64,000 bases of DNA, taken from the NCBI GenBank assembly GCA_015232395.1, contig JADFZT010000013.1, positions 1,147-65,146 of the forward strand, given 5' to 3'. Below the pieces are notes generated by a model that saw only the letters and a program-made list of their open reading frames with translations, did no database searches and was not told where the DNA came from. Both the position numbers and the translations under genes were made by a program. Every line of letters begins with the position of its first letter. Position 1 is the stretch's first letter. This stretch comes from Magnetococcales bacterium. Its GTDB lineage: Bacteria > Pseudomonadota > Magnetococcia > Magnetococcales > JADFZT01. This document shows positions 20,420 through 29,261 of the stretch, piece by piece.

Positions 20420-21955
20420 CTACAGGATTTTTTCAAAATCGTAGGAGGTCATGAAGATCAAACGGTCCAGATCCCCATGATCGCCGTTTTCCAGCTCTTT
20501 TTGGGCGTGGGCATATTCCAGACCGAAATAGAGATTTTTTTGTGGTACCATGCCCAGATTGAGATGGTAGGAGGTGACCCATTTGGGAACCGTATCGGCC
20601 ACCACATCCAGATCGTTGTCAGCCGCCGCCCCTGCTATGGACACGACCGATCTCCAGGAGTCGTTCCACCAGTGCTGGTAGGAAAGATAGCCATCCACCA
20701 GGGGGAGGGGATGAATCTCTCCCGCGTCATCGATCACCCCATCCTTGAAGGCGTTATAGGTGGCATAGCGCCCCAAGGGTTCCCCCCAGGCAAGTCCCAG
20801 ACTGAGGTTGTCTTTTTCCAGCAGGTTGACAGCACCCGAGGCATAGAGCGCCCCCCCCAACACCGAATCCCGTCGATCAGGAATAATGGTGCCGTCGGCT
20901 CGCAGCTCCCGGACAATCCCGGAGAGGGCAAAATGTCCCTCATCCCACTCCCAGGTGCGTTTGACGGCGATATCGGGCAGGCGGTCGTCATCGGGCTGAA
21001 CCGACTCTCCGGCAGAATTCAACAAGGTGCTTTCCGGCTGTTCCAATCCCACCTGAATATCCCCATCGTCAAGAGCCCAGGTGTAGCGTAAAAGGGGCTG
21101 ACGAACATAGAGAATGCCCACAGGATCCAGCTGGCTGGAAGGCCAGGCACGACCGTTGATAAAGGTGGAAGAGGTCTGGCCAAAGGTAAAGTTACCCAAG
21201 GTACCATAGACGTGGCGCAGACGGGGGTTGTGGGAGTTGGAGACGTTTTCGTTGCCGCTGGAACCCCAAAAATCCATCTCCGTATGGGTTTTGAAACTGC
21301 CCAGGCTGGTGGATGTTTCGGTTTTGAGCCACAACCGACTGCTCCGGGCGCTCAGAGTCACCTGCCCTTCCTCTCCCTGGGAATCCATGGGGACGGCGGA
21401 GCCGAAGAGATAATAATCCCCGGCATTGTCGCCACCATGGCTGCCACCGGTGCTGGGAAAATTGCCAATCACCTCCATCCGTGCCCGCCCACCGAGGATA
21501 AATTGGCTTTTTTTCAGTGCCAACTCCGGGGAGGTGGGAGGAGGGGTGTGGCGTGCTTCCTCTTGGGCTGCGGCGGAGGGTGAGAGGTTGGCTGTTGGCG
21601 GAAGAGGGGGGGCGTCGGTTTTTGGGGTAAGCGTGTTTGGTTGTGAGGGGAGAGCTGGGGAGGATCGATCCGCTGCCAAGTCGGTTTCTGTGTAAGAGTG
21701 AGCCGTTGCCGCGTCGATTTTTTGTTGGGCCAGCTTTTCTTCCAGCTGTTGCAGCCTCTGCAAAATCAAATGACTTTCGGCGCGCAGCGCTTTCAGTTCC
21801 GCTTCCAACGCCTGGGCTGTGGCTGTGGCTGGGGTGGGGAGTGAAAGAAGGGCCATGACAGCCACGATCAGGGGGGTGGGACGCAGGGGCATATGGTGTG
21901 TCCTGGGGCGTTGGCTGGCCAAGTTGGATAGAGAAGCGGTTGAATTCTGGCGCAT
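20420..21955 (-). CDS. Putative outer-membrane porin with an N-terminal coiled coil (DcaP-like architecture)
   Basis: Signal peptide, a coiled-coil segment (ALEAELKALRAESHLILQRLQQLEEKLAQQK), a Pro/Ala linker, then alternating beta-strand-like sequence rich in aromatic girdle residues. Family call is tentative. Confidence 0.5.
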   Translation of the reverse strand: MRQNSTASLSNLASQRPRTHHMPLRPTPLIVAVMALLSLPTPATATAQALEAELKALRAESHLILQRLQQLEEKLAQQKIDAATAHSYTETDLAADRSSPALPSQPNTLTPKTDAPPLPPTANLSPSAAAQEEARHTPPPTSPELALKKSQFILGGRARMEVIGNFPSTGGSHGGDNAGDYYLFGSAVPMDSQGEEGQVTLSARSSRLWLKTETSTSLGSFKTHTEMDFWGSSGNENVSNSHNPRLRHVYGTLGNFTFGQTSSTFINGRAWPSSQLDPVGILYVRQPLLRYTWALDDGDIQVGLEQPESTLLNSAGESVQPDDDRLPDIAVKRTWEWDEGHFALSGIVRELRADGTIIPDRRDSVLGGALYASGAVNLLEKDNLSLGLAWGEPLGRYATYNAFKDGVIDDAGEIHPLPLVDGYLSYQHWWNDSWRSVVSIAGAAADNDLDVVADTVPKWVTSYHLNLGMVPQKNLYFGLEYAHAQKELENGDHGDLDRLIFMTSYDFEKIL

Positions 21956-22109
21956 GGCATTTTTAAAGAATCAATTTATGGATGTTTTGGGCTGTTGTGC
22001 TTAGGAGGATTTTCATAAAACAATATGCAAATCAATTGGTTGAATTAAAGATGGTGGACGTATGATCGTCAGTTGCCGAGGAACTTTTGGGTATTTTGCG
22101 ATATCTTGC

Positions 22110-22262
22110 AATATCCGTGTCAAAGTCAGAGGATGGGCTGAATCTTTGGCGCAACACCCTGGACACGACCCGGGATAGTGAGGCTGGACATTTCTGTCCC
22201 AGCCTCACTATCAATAGGGCCGAGATGGCGGTATTTTTGGTGAAGGCGTTTGGGTTGGGATG
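22110..22262 (+). pseudogene. Orphan 3' remnant of a paralogous SLH-domain gene
   Basis: About 80% nucleotide identity over ~110 bp to the last SLH repeat and stop codon of the 15307-19998 gene. ...SEDGLNLWRNTLDTTRDSEAGHFCPSLTINRAEMAVFLVKAFGLG* aligns with ...ASDGILDDTLDTTRACDTGNFCPSLTINRAEMAVWLVKAFELE*. No upstream coding continuation. Confidence 0.65.
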
Positions 22263-22353
22263 ATTTTATCTCCCCGTCCATTCGGACCTCAGCCCAGCGA
22301 GGCAAGTTTGGTTCATGGACACAAAAAACCAACCCTTTCAACCATATTGACGG

Positions 22354-22896
22354 ATGAAACGGATGTATCCAAACCTTCAAAAACAGCTAGCCCATCAGCA
22401 CTACATAAAATCCACCCGAAGGTATGCCCGGTTCTCTTTATGGCTGCTCCTGTTGGGGCTGCTGAGTGGCTGCGCGGAGGAAAGGCGTGATCGAAACATG
22501 GATTTTTTTTTCCGAGAACATCAACAGGAGTTGTCCCAGCTTCAGACACACCTGCAGCAACTACAGAAGACGACTGGCATTCGCGGCATCAATCTGGAAT
22601 ATGGCAAAGTATACTTGGCCAAATCCGAATCCCTGTCGATAAACAACGCCATCCAACGTTTTTCCGAAGAGGAGGGGAAAATCAATCAGGCTCTGGAAAT
22701 GGAGGAAGCCTTGGGGCTGAAAAATGCCTATCTGCTGGATGACGACTCCTTTTGGTTGATTTTCAATGAGGGGGATATTTTAGGGGCTGATTTTGGTTTT
22801 CTTCATGAAGGCAATAAACCGCTTTCTTCCTACCGAATCCTGAATCATTCCCGACCCATGCCTACCGCCAAGGGGTGGTATTTGATCAAATTGTGA
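22354..22896 (+). CDS. Hypothetical lipoprotein
   Basis: Lipobox LLGLLSGC after a hydrophobic leader. No family recognised. Confidence 0.55.
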   Translation: MKRMYPNLQKQLAHQHYIKSTRRYARFSLWLLLLGLLSGCAEERRDRNMDFFFREHQQELSQLQTHLQQLQKTTGIRGINLEYGKVYLAKSESLSINNAIQRFSEEEGKINQALEMEEALGLKNAYLLDDDSFWLIFNEGDILGADFGFLHEGNKPLSSYRILNHSRPMPTAKGWYLIKL

Positions 22897-23108
22897 CTTT
22901 GCTGGCATGACTGGCAGCAAACAGGGCCATGGTTGTACCCTGGGTGGAGATGGCCCAGAGGAGGCCCAGAGGAGATGAAAAACCCAGCTTTTTCATCTTG
23001 CCGACGATGTGTTGATAGTGCTCAATGATGTTTTGAGACAATCAACTCCAAGTAAGCATCCTGTTGGTGGCAAATCGTTTCCCATGCATACTAAAGAGGC
23101 ACTGATTA

Positions 23109-23762
23109 ATGACATTTCCACTTGATGAATTGGAGGTCCGAATCCTGGGGGTGTTGTTGGAAAAAAGGTTGGCAACCCCAGATGTCTATCCCTTATCTCT
23201 CAACGCCTTGATCAATGCCTGCAACCAAAAATCCAACCGTCATCCCGTGATGTCCTTGGAGCAGGAGGTGGTGATTGCGGGTATAAATGGTTTGCGGGAC
23301 AAAGGTCTGGTCATGAAGTTGAGTGGCGGCCGGGTTGACAAATATGGCCATTTTTTTCGTGAAAAATCCGACATTCTTCCCAAGGAAGAGGCGATTTTAG
23401 CCGTACTGCTACTGCGTGGTCCCCAGACTCTGGGAGAAATATGCACCCGCTGTGAACGGCTGCACTCTTTCCAGGGTACAGGTGAGGTGGAGAGCACCCT
23501 TGCTTCCCTCATAAAAGGAAAAGTTCTGGCATTTCAGTCGGAAGAGGAACCCATGCCCTGGGCCGTGAAGCTTCCGGTCCAGCCAGGCCGCAAGGAACCA
23601 CGTTATGCGCATCTGTTCATGGGTGAGCCGGACATCTCCCCACAAGCCGAGCGATCTCCCCTCTCCAGGGCGGGAAGCCTTGCTGATGAGGTTGCCCAAC
23701 TGCGTCGGCAGTTGCAGGAACTCAGGGAGGAGTTTGACGCCTTCAAAACCCAGTTTGATTGA
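23109..23762 (+). CDS. YceH-family protein (DUF480/UPF0502)
   Basis: LDELEVRILGVLLEKRLATPDVYPLSLNALINACNQKSNRHPVMSL is the characteristic YceH N-terminus. C-terminal coiled coil. Confidence 0.8.
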   Translation: MTFPLDELEVRILGVLLEKRLATPDVYPLSLNALINACNQKSNRHPVMSLEQEVVIAGINGLRDKGLVMKLSGGRVDKYGHFFREKSDILPKEEAILAVLLLRGPQTLGEICTRCERLHSFQGTGEVESTLASLIKGKVLAFQSEEEPMPWAVKLPVQPGRKEPRYAHLFMGEPDISPQAERSPLSRAGSLADEVAQLRRQLQELREEFDAFKTQFD

Positions 23763-23793
23763 GAGGTCTATCCATACCATTTAAAAATGGGGC

Positions 23794-24735
23794 ATGCTCT
23801 TTTGGCTCGTCATCGTGGGAAAGACGCTTCATGGGAAGGTGTGTCTCATTTCCACTTGGAATCACCTTTGTCAGCCACAAAACATCCGATTAACAGGGAG
23901 ATGGTTTTTGAAAAACCTAGAGAGTTCCACAGGAAAAAAACGGAACCATACCGTGGTGGTGGCATGGCTGTTGATCATGGTTTCCCTGTTTTCAGTGAGC
24001 CGTGAGACCATGGCAGAGGTGCCTTCATCTGCTGGACCTCAACCGGGAGAAGCACTCACATTTAAAGTCAGCTGGTCTGGAATATCCTCAGGCAAAGCGG
24101 TTATGAGAGCAGATAAAGTTGGAAATGAGAGATACTCTTTTTCCATCCACTTGAGATCAAGTGGTCTGGTGGAAACATTCTATCCAGTGAATGATTATCT
24201 CATCGCCGAAGGTGTCTGGTCTCAAAAAGGCTTGAATGCTCTTTCATTCACAAAAAAACAGTCTGAAGGAGGACGAAAGCGTCTCACTGAATATGCCTTC
24301 CAAAGGGAAAAAGAGGCGGTGGTCAGAAGGCTGAATCAAGGAGAGCCGGAATACTTGGAGAGTGTCCCTTCTCAGGTCAACGATCCAGTTACCGCCCTTT
24401 ATCTCTTGCGGTTTCAACAAGATCTAACCCCAGCCTCTACCATCAATATTTCCGTTATGGGGAGCCGGGAGTGGCACCATACCCCGGTGGAAGTGGGCGA
24501 TGTCCAGATGTTGGAGGTGGCCGCAGGCCAGTTTCAGGCCTTTCCCGTCTCTCTGGATCTGGGACTGTTTAACAAACGGAAGGGGAATGGACGGACCACG
24601 GTTTGGTTGAGTGATGATCTCCGCCGACTGCCAATACTGGTCAAATCAAAGGTGAGTATCGGTACCATGGAATTTGAACTGACAGAGATTTCTGAAGGTA
24701 CTGGAAGTTGGCTGACAGAGGGGATGTCAAATTGA
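23794..24735 (+). CDS. DUF3108-like secreted protein; start uncertain, 3' end formed by an IS6 terminal repeat
   Basis: Hydrophobic leader (VVVAWLLIMVSLFSV), then a beta-rich domain (LTFKVSWSGISSGKAVM...) reminiscent of DUF3108. The last codons (ATG TCA AAT TGA) lie inside the IS6 right-end repeat. Confidence 0.55.
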   Translation: MLFWLVIVGKTLHGKVCLISTWNHLCQPQNIRLTGRWFLKNLESSTGKKRNHTVVVAWLLIMVSLFSVSRETMAEVPSSAGPQPGEALTFKVSWSGISSGKAVMRADKVGNERYSFSIHLRSSGLVETFYPVNDYLIAEGVWSQKGLNALSFTKKQSEGGRKRLTEYAFQREKEAVVRRLNQGEPEYLESVPSQVNDPVTALYLLRFQQDLTPASTINISVMGSREWHHTPVEVGDVQMLEVAAGQFQAFPVSLDLGLFNKRKGNGRTTVWLSDDLRRLPILVKSKVSIGTMEFELTEISEGTGSWLTEGMSN

Positions 24736-25140
24736 GCAAAACTCGGCCAAACTGATCCTGCTGGCTTCCGTAAATTTCGTCCATCCTTGATCCTAAATCC
24801 GAACAGTTGGCGTGCACACATGCCCCAGCCTCTTGATCCACCAAGGAGTCTGTCGCCATATGCCGCTTTTGGCCTTGATGCCGCGTTGCACAGCTCTCTG
24901 TGAGTCTCGCATATGATTGAATATGCTGATACTTTCAAAAACACCAAGCCAAGCCTTGCGAGCAAAATCGACCTGTTGCAACAGGCTTTGGAGAGAAAAT
25001 TAAAGACAACGAACCCGGAATTTTCAAGCAGGAGAGCCATCAGCACTTCCGCTTTCGATGGGTCAGGGGAGGGGGCAGCCATAGGGGCGTTTGGAGTTCT
25101 TCATGGATACTTTTTGGAGTGGTATGGTTTGTGCTTCTTA

Positions 25141-25188
25141 GTTCGTGGGCGTGTATGTTCGTGAGCGTGTATGTTCGTGAGCGTATAT
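25141..25188. repeat. Three tandem 16-bp direct repeats
   Basis: GTTCGTGGGCGTGTAT / GTTCGTGAGCGTGTAT / GTTCGTGAGCGTATAT read directly from the sequence, 30 bp upstream of the ATG at 25218. Confidence 0.85.
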
Positions 25189-25217
25189 GTAGGCACAAAT
25201 ATCCGAGGAGAAAAAAT

Positions 25218-25529
25218 ATGGTGATTGATATTAACAAGCAGATAAAGAATATTCTTGCTGCTCAAGACTATATCCAGGAAACGATGGATGGCATGTTTTC
25301 TCAGATCAATATCAAGCCAATGATGTTTATCTGTGTCGGGGCGATTTTATCTCTGGTTGGCTTTTTTAAAATCATCGGCAGCAGCATTGAAGTTGCTGTT
25401 TGGGTGGCAATCATGATTGCTGGTGTGAGCGCTTTTAAGTTTGGCATGGAGAAGGGTGGTTATAAAATGCCATCAAAACTAACGGCCAAATTTCACAAAG
25501 TGGCTGAATTTGGCAATGCCGGAAGCTGA
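25218..25529 (+). CDS. Possible small membrane protein (103 aa) inside the degenerate IS6 copy
   Basis: ATG preceded by GAGGAG. Two hydrophobic helices (MMFICVGAILSLVGFF, VAVWVAIMIAGVSAF). AT-rich. Could be spurious. Confidence 0.35.
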   Translation: MVIDINKQIKNILAAQDYIQETMDGMFSQINIKPMMFICVGAILSLVGFFKIIGSSIEVAVWVAIMIAGVSAFKFGMEKGGYKMPSKLTAKFHKVAEFGNAGS

Positions 25530-25934
25530 TAGAGCTGCTGTCGAATGTAGGAAAGACACGAATCTTCAAGGCCCGGCGTGCAGGCTCGGCATGCTTCAAT
25601 TCCCGGATAAAATTCCAGTGACATCCTCTTGTTTTGCCATGGCCTCTCCCTGAAGGATCCAGCGAGAGGGATGCGGATATGGAGAGGATGGTCTTGGAGA
25701 GATTGATTGTCGATGGGGTAGAGCCGGGCCCCATGGTTGATCGTTTCGCCCGGGAACGGAATCCGTGGTAGGGTGAGCGAATCGTGTCCATGACGGGAAT
25801 CTGCCACAGGGGCGGGTTGATCGCCAAATGGACCATGCCCCCAAACGCCCACCTTTAATAAATCGTTTAAAAATCAGCAAAGATCACAGAAAGCACCAGC
25901 CTACCTTGCCGTTTGAAATGGCTTGCCCAATTTT

Positions 25935-26504
25935 CTAATGGAGCGGCTGGGTTTTTGAAATCTGGACGGTTCTGATGGTTCCAGAACAGCCCACAAAGCC
26001 GTCGGGAGATTCAAGCACCTCTACGACAGCCTTATTCATGTGAATTTTGTTTTTCTTCTCTGCCATTTCCCTCTTCATTCGATCAATTATCTGCATTGTC
26101 ATCTCAAGATCCAGTTCTTCTCTTGTCTGCTCATTGCATAAGGAAAGATTCTGTTGAAAATGGGCGATGATCTTCTCTGCTTGGGCAATGCTGGCCAAAA
26201 AAAGAGCCGACTGGGCTTTATTTCGGCTAATTTCCGCCTCCTTGAGAGAGCGCTGATTCCTTGGCCCCTTTAATTTGTGCAAGGAAAGCCGGTCCATATA
26301 GGTTTGATGTGCGGTCTCCACTCTTTCTTCAAAAAGTTTTTCAAATGGAGGGGACATTTCATCCATTTTACTTAACTCTCGTTTGAGCCTGCCAATTTTC
26401 CGCCCACCACGATACCAGTCGTCAGATTCTGCAATTATTTCCACCTGACGGATGATCTGATCTTTCCCATGCCAAATATGGAGCTGCTGGATTGTTGTTT
26501 TCAT
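25935..26504 (-). CDS. Hypothetical protein (189 aa, predicted helical/coiled-coil)
   Basis: AT-richer ORF lying between IS6 remnants. No family recognised. Confidence 0.45.
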   Translation of the reverse strand: MKTTIQQLHIWHGKDQIIRQVEIIAESDDWYRGGRKIGRLKRELSKMDEMSPPFEKLFEERVETAHQTYMDRLSLHKLKGPRNQRSLKEAEISRNKAQSALFLASIAQAEKIIAHFQQNLSLCNEQTREELDLEMTMQIIDRMKREMAEKKNKIHMNKAVVEVLESPDGFVGCSGTIRTVQISKTQPLH

Positions 26505-26544
26505 GTTTTATTCCGATCATGGCTCAGCCTTCTCCAGAAAAAAC

Positions 26545-26800
26545 CGGAAGAAGGGAAAAATCATCCCATTTCAATCTGAACGAACCTCTCTACGGTAAGC
26601 CACAGGGTATCGAGGGTCAAAGTCTTAAAGCCGTATCAACGGCATGGCAAGTAGGTTGTATCGGTCAAGTCCGCCCTTTCACCCAGCACCAACCAGGAAC
26701 CGCTTATCCCCAGGCCTGCCATGCTTGGCCCGGATCTTTTTTTTGCGTCATCTTGACCAAAATGAAGGCTCCATGGTCGGATGAAGGAGGGCAGCCATAA
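26545..26800 (-). pseudogene. IS6 transposase fragment (about residues 40-125), frameshifted
   Basis: The reverse strand reads ...FIRPWSLHFGQDDAKK(K)IRAKHGRPGDK... compared with SIRQWSLHFGQDYAKKIRARQGQPGDE in the intact copy. Later segments (W..GE......YL.CR) are in another frame. Confidence 0.65.
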
Positions 26801-26807
26801 GCCGTAT

Positions 26808-27032
26808 TTATTTAAACAGCCCTGTCCGGGAAACCGAGAATCCCGGAATCACAGCGGAGGTATGGAAGCCGATTAATCGGTAGAGGGGGCAAGATCGGTA
26901 GACTCCGGTATAAAGCATGCTTAGACCGAGCAGCCATAACGTTGGCCTGAAGAGTCTTAGTGCCACGAAAATTAGCGTGATGCCCATCACGATCCGTAGG
27001 AACCGATCCCAACCGCCGACATTGATATTCAT
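26808..27032 (-). CDS. DUF2892 (YgaP-like) small membrane protein
   Basis: MNINVGGWDRFLRIVMGITLIFVAL...YTGVYRSCPLYRLIG is the DUF2892 pattern (NxGxxDRxxR, two TM helices, CP.Y motif). Confidence 0.75.
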   Translation of the reverse strand: MNINVGGWDRFLRIVMGITLIFVALRLFRPTLWLLGLSMLYTGVYRSCPLYRLIGFHTSAVIPGFSVSRTGLFK

Positions 27033-27103
27033 GGTTTGATCTCCTTTGACGCATCAATTCCTGTTGGAAACCCTCTGTGAGTGTTGCCTGACTTTGTCCA
27101 CGA

Positions 27104-27700
27104 TCATCTTCCATTGGTTTTTTCTTCAATGCTTTCAATCGAATGGCAGAGACCATAGGTCACCAGAAACGGTATGTCATACCGTTTGCCTGCCACCTCT
27201 ACTTCATAGATGCCCCGGCGGGTATCCTGCTTCCAAACCACACGATAGTGGGCGAACTGACCCGGTGCGGCAGCAAATTTCAACTTGATTTCACGGGTGA
27301 TTTTGCTGCCGATCTGAAAGCCCAATGTCTTGGATAGTTTTGTCTGTGCCTTGGCTTCCACCAGGGAGAGGAGATTCGCCCCCAGACTGCCGCTGAAATC
27401 CTGACTTCGATCCAACTCCATGGAGGTGTCGGCAGTGCGTGAAAACAGGTGCTCGCTGACCAGGGGTTTCTCACCAAAGCGGTTGTCCAGCGGGACATCT
27501 TCGGTGGAGAGCGCAACGTTATTATCCTCCAGGATCGTTTCTCGGATGATGCGCACGGTAGCGGTTGGGTGTGCCAAGGCGGTTTTTTTCTTTTTCTTGT
27601 GGGGCATTGATTTGGCCGTATGCTGTTTTTTCTCAGCTAAACGCATGATGGCTGCCGCACCAAGGTAGCCAATGGCGATAACGGGAAAAAAGTGAATCAT
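27104..27700 (-). CDS. Hypothetical membrane-anchored protein (198 aa)
   Basis: N-terminal TM helix, a Lys-rich linker (HKKKKKT), then a beta-rich domain. Lies between the CDF-NifX and DUF2892 genes on the same strand. Confidence 0.5.
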   Translation of the reverse strand: MIHFFPVIAIGYLGAAAIMRLAEKKQHTAKSMPHKKKKKTALAHPTATVRIIRETILEDNNVALSTEDVPLDNRFGEKPLVSEHLFSRTADTSMELDRSQDFSGSLGANLLSLVEAKAQTKLSKTLGFQIGSKITREIKLKFAAAPGQFAHYRVVWKQDTRRGIYEVEVAGKRYDIPFLVTYGLCHSIESIEEKTNGR

Positions 27701-27738
27701 GACTGTTCCTCCTGATGGTTGTTCGACCCAATGACCAC

Positions 27739-28998
27739 TTAATAGCCATTTCCCGATGCAGGAAGGTGGAGGGGGAGGGGGCGCACATCCGCCAACGCAT
27801 TGGCTAACGCATCCGCTACCCGCTCATGGGGCGTTTCCCGCACTTCCACTCCAGCATCCGACAACACATAAGAAAGACCTTTACCGTCGAGAGCCGTGCG
27901 TGTCAGTACCAAGTCGACATGATGGTTGACCAACCACTTGCCGAGTTGAATCCCTTTGCCATGTTCCAGGGTTATGAAGGGGTTTGTATGGATGCTTCCC
28001 GCATCTGCATTTCCGCTGGAGTTTTCGATGGTTGAAAGATAAAAAGAGTGAGCATGGCAAAAACAATCCTCCAGCAGACGACCTTCCTCGCTTACCGGTA
28101 TGGCACAAACAATATAATCCGCACTCACAGGCGAGCTGTGGATGAGCACCCGTTCCAGATGTGGAACCTCATTCCGAATGGCTGTTTCCATGCGGCGACA
28201 CGCGGTTTCAGCCTTAACCAGATTGTGGGTACGCAGGATCACGGCTGCTTCCAAAAAACGATACCGGCCGGCATTGCGTCCGGTGACCGACTTGACTTCA
28301 ACCGTCAAGGGGTCCGACTCAAGAATGGATTGAATTTTGTGTAGGGTTTCGGAATCCAGGCTGGCATCCAGCAGTGCCCGCATGGCCTCACGGGACAGCT
28401 CCCAGCCGGTTTGGAGAATAAACACGACAACGAATAGACTGGCCCACCGATCCAAATCCCAGCCGATATATTGCCCGCAAAGGCCCAACAGGACGGCCCC
28501 AGAGGAGAGCGCATGCATGCGAAACTCTTCACCATCGGCAATGATGCTGGGTGAATTGGCCTGTTTACCAATCCGCAACTCATAGGCGCTGAAGAGCACG
28601 GGAATGACAAGCGAAAGGATGACACCGGTCAGAATCGGCCACGTCACCTTAACGCCGTCGCTGGTCGACAGGATGGCTTCCTTGGCTATTTCGTATCCAG
28701 CAAGAAAAATGAGAGCCGCAATGGTCAATGCAACGATATTTTCGACTTTGTACAGACCATAGGGAAAATCAGCCGATTTTTTGCGTGACAGTTTGAGGCC
28801 GGCTATAACGCCCACCGAACCGACCATATCCACGAAATTGTGCAGCGCTTCCGCCATCACAGCGATACTCCCGGAAAACCATCCCAAAACGACATTCAGA
28901 AAAATGAGCAACACGTTCACGCCCATGGACATCCATCCGACACGCTCCAGTGTTTGGTCGGATGGAATCTGATTCGGTTGGGTGGCTGTTTCGGGCAT
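27739..28998 (-). CDS. Cation diffusion facilitator (CDF) transporter fused to a C-terminal NifX/NifB-like (dinitrogenase FeMo-cofactor-binding family) domain
   Basis: CDF motifs (SIAVMAEALHNFVDMVGS, DFPYGLYKVENI, six TM helices). The C-terminal ~110 aa (YIVCAIPVSEEGRLLEDCFCHAHSFYL...HVDLVLTRTALDGKGLSYVLSDAGVEV) resemble the PF02579-type fold. Start moved to the ATG at 28998 (GGAG RBS, MPETATQ...) rather than the longest ORF (29151). Confidence 0.7.
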   Translation of the reverse strand: MPETATQPNQIPSDQTLERVGWMSMGVNVLLIFLNVVLGWFSGSIAVMAEALHNFVDMVGSVGVIAGLKLSRKKSADFPYGLYKVENIVALTIAALIFLAGYEIAKEAILSTSDGVKVTWPILTGVILSLVIPVLFSAYELRIGKQANSPSIIADGEEFRMHALSSGAVLLGLCGQYIGWDLDRWASLFVVVFILQTGWELSREAMRALLDASLDSETLHKIQSILESDPLTVEVKSVTGRNAGRYRFLEAAVILRTHNLVKAETACRRMETAIRNEVPHLERVLIHSSPVSADYIVCAIPVSEEGRLLEDCFCHAHSFYLSTIENSSGNADAGSIHTNPFITLEHGKGIQLGKWLVNHHVDLVLTRTALDGKGLSYVLSDAGVEVRETPHERVADALANALADVRPLPLHLPASGNGY

Positions 28999-29047
28999 AT
29001 TTTGAACTCCGGTTGTTCGTTGATAAAGGATGCTTGTGTAAAGACAG

Positions 29048-29064
29048 CGCATAAGCCATGCCAG
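29048..29064 (-). promoter_or_regulatory. Candidate sigma-54 (-24/-12) promoter for the CDF-NifX operon
   Basis: The minus strand reads CTGGCAT-GGCTT-ATGCG (GG and GC correctly spaced), about 50 nt upstream of the ATG at 28998. Confidence 0.5.
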
Positions 29065-29261
29065 CACCTGGAATGATGGATGGTGCTTGAGGTGACAGCG
29101 TGCAAGATGATGAAATATATGTGAAAAATAAAAACATTGATCCTGTGTCAAATGAATCCTGCATGTATGTTGGGTTGACGTACCATCCGTATTTATCTAT
29201 TATTGGCACGCCATTATTTGTGTTTAATGGCCATTTTTGACTCTAAACTGGAAAGAGCCCC

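Larger units (their letters stand above)
24720..25840 (-). mobile_element. Degenerate IS6-family copy (frameshifted transposase) carrying ~0.3 kb of extra internal DNA
   Basis: Right-end repeat TGTCAAATTGAGCAAAA at 24725. Left end GCATGGTCCATTTGG...ATGGACACG near 25838-25790. Transposase-like peptides are scattered over three frames (MDTIRSPYHGFR, FPGETINHG, SAYSIICE, GRVLLNLT). Total length is ~1.12 kb against 0.83 kb for the intact copy. Confidence 0.6.

Noticed and set aside
22973-22996. 9-bp-stem hairpin GATGAAAAA-CCCAGC-TTTTTCATC in the spacer before the YceH-like gene
   Set aside because: An AT-only stem without a clear U-tract context, so it cannot be distinguished from chance in an AT-rich spacer.
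29204-29220. TGGCACGCCATTATTTG upstream of the sigma-54 activator gene
   Set aside because: The -24 half is good, but TT sits where the -12 GC should be. Not counted as a sigma-54 promoter.
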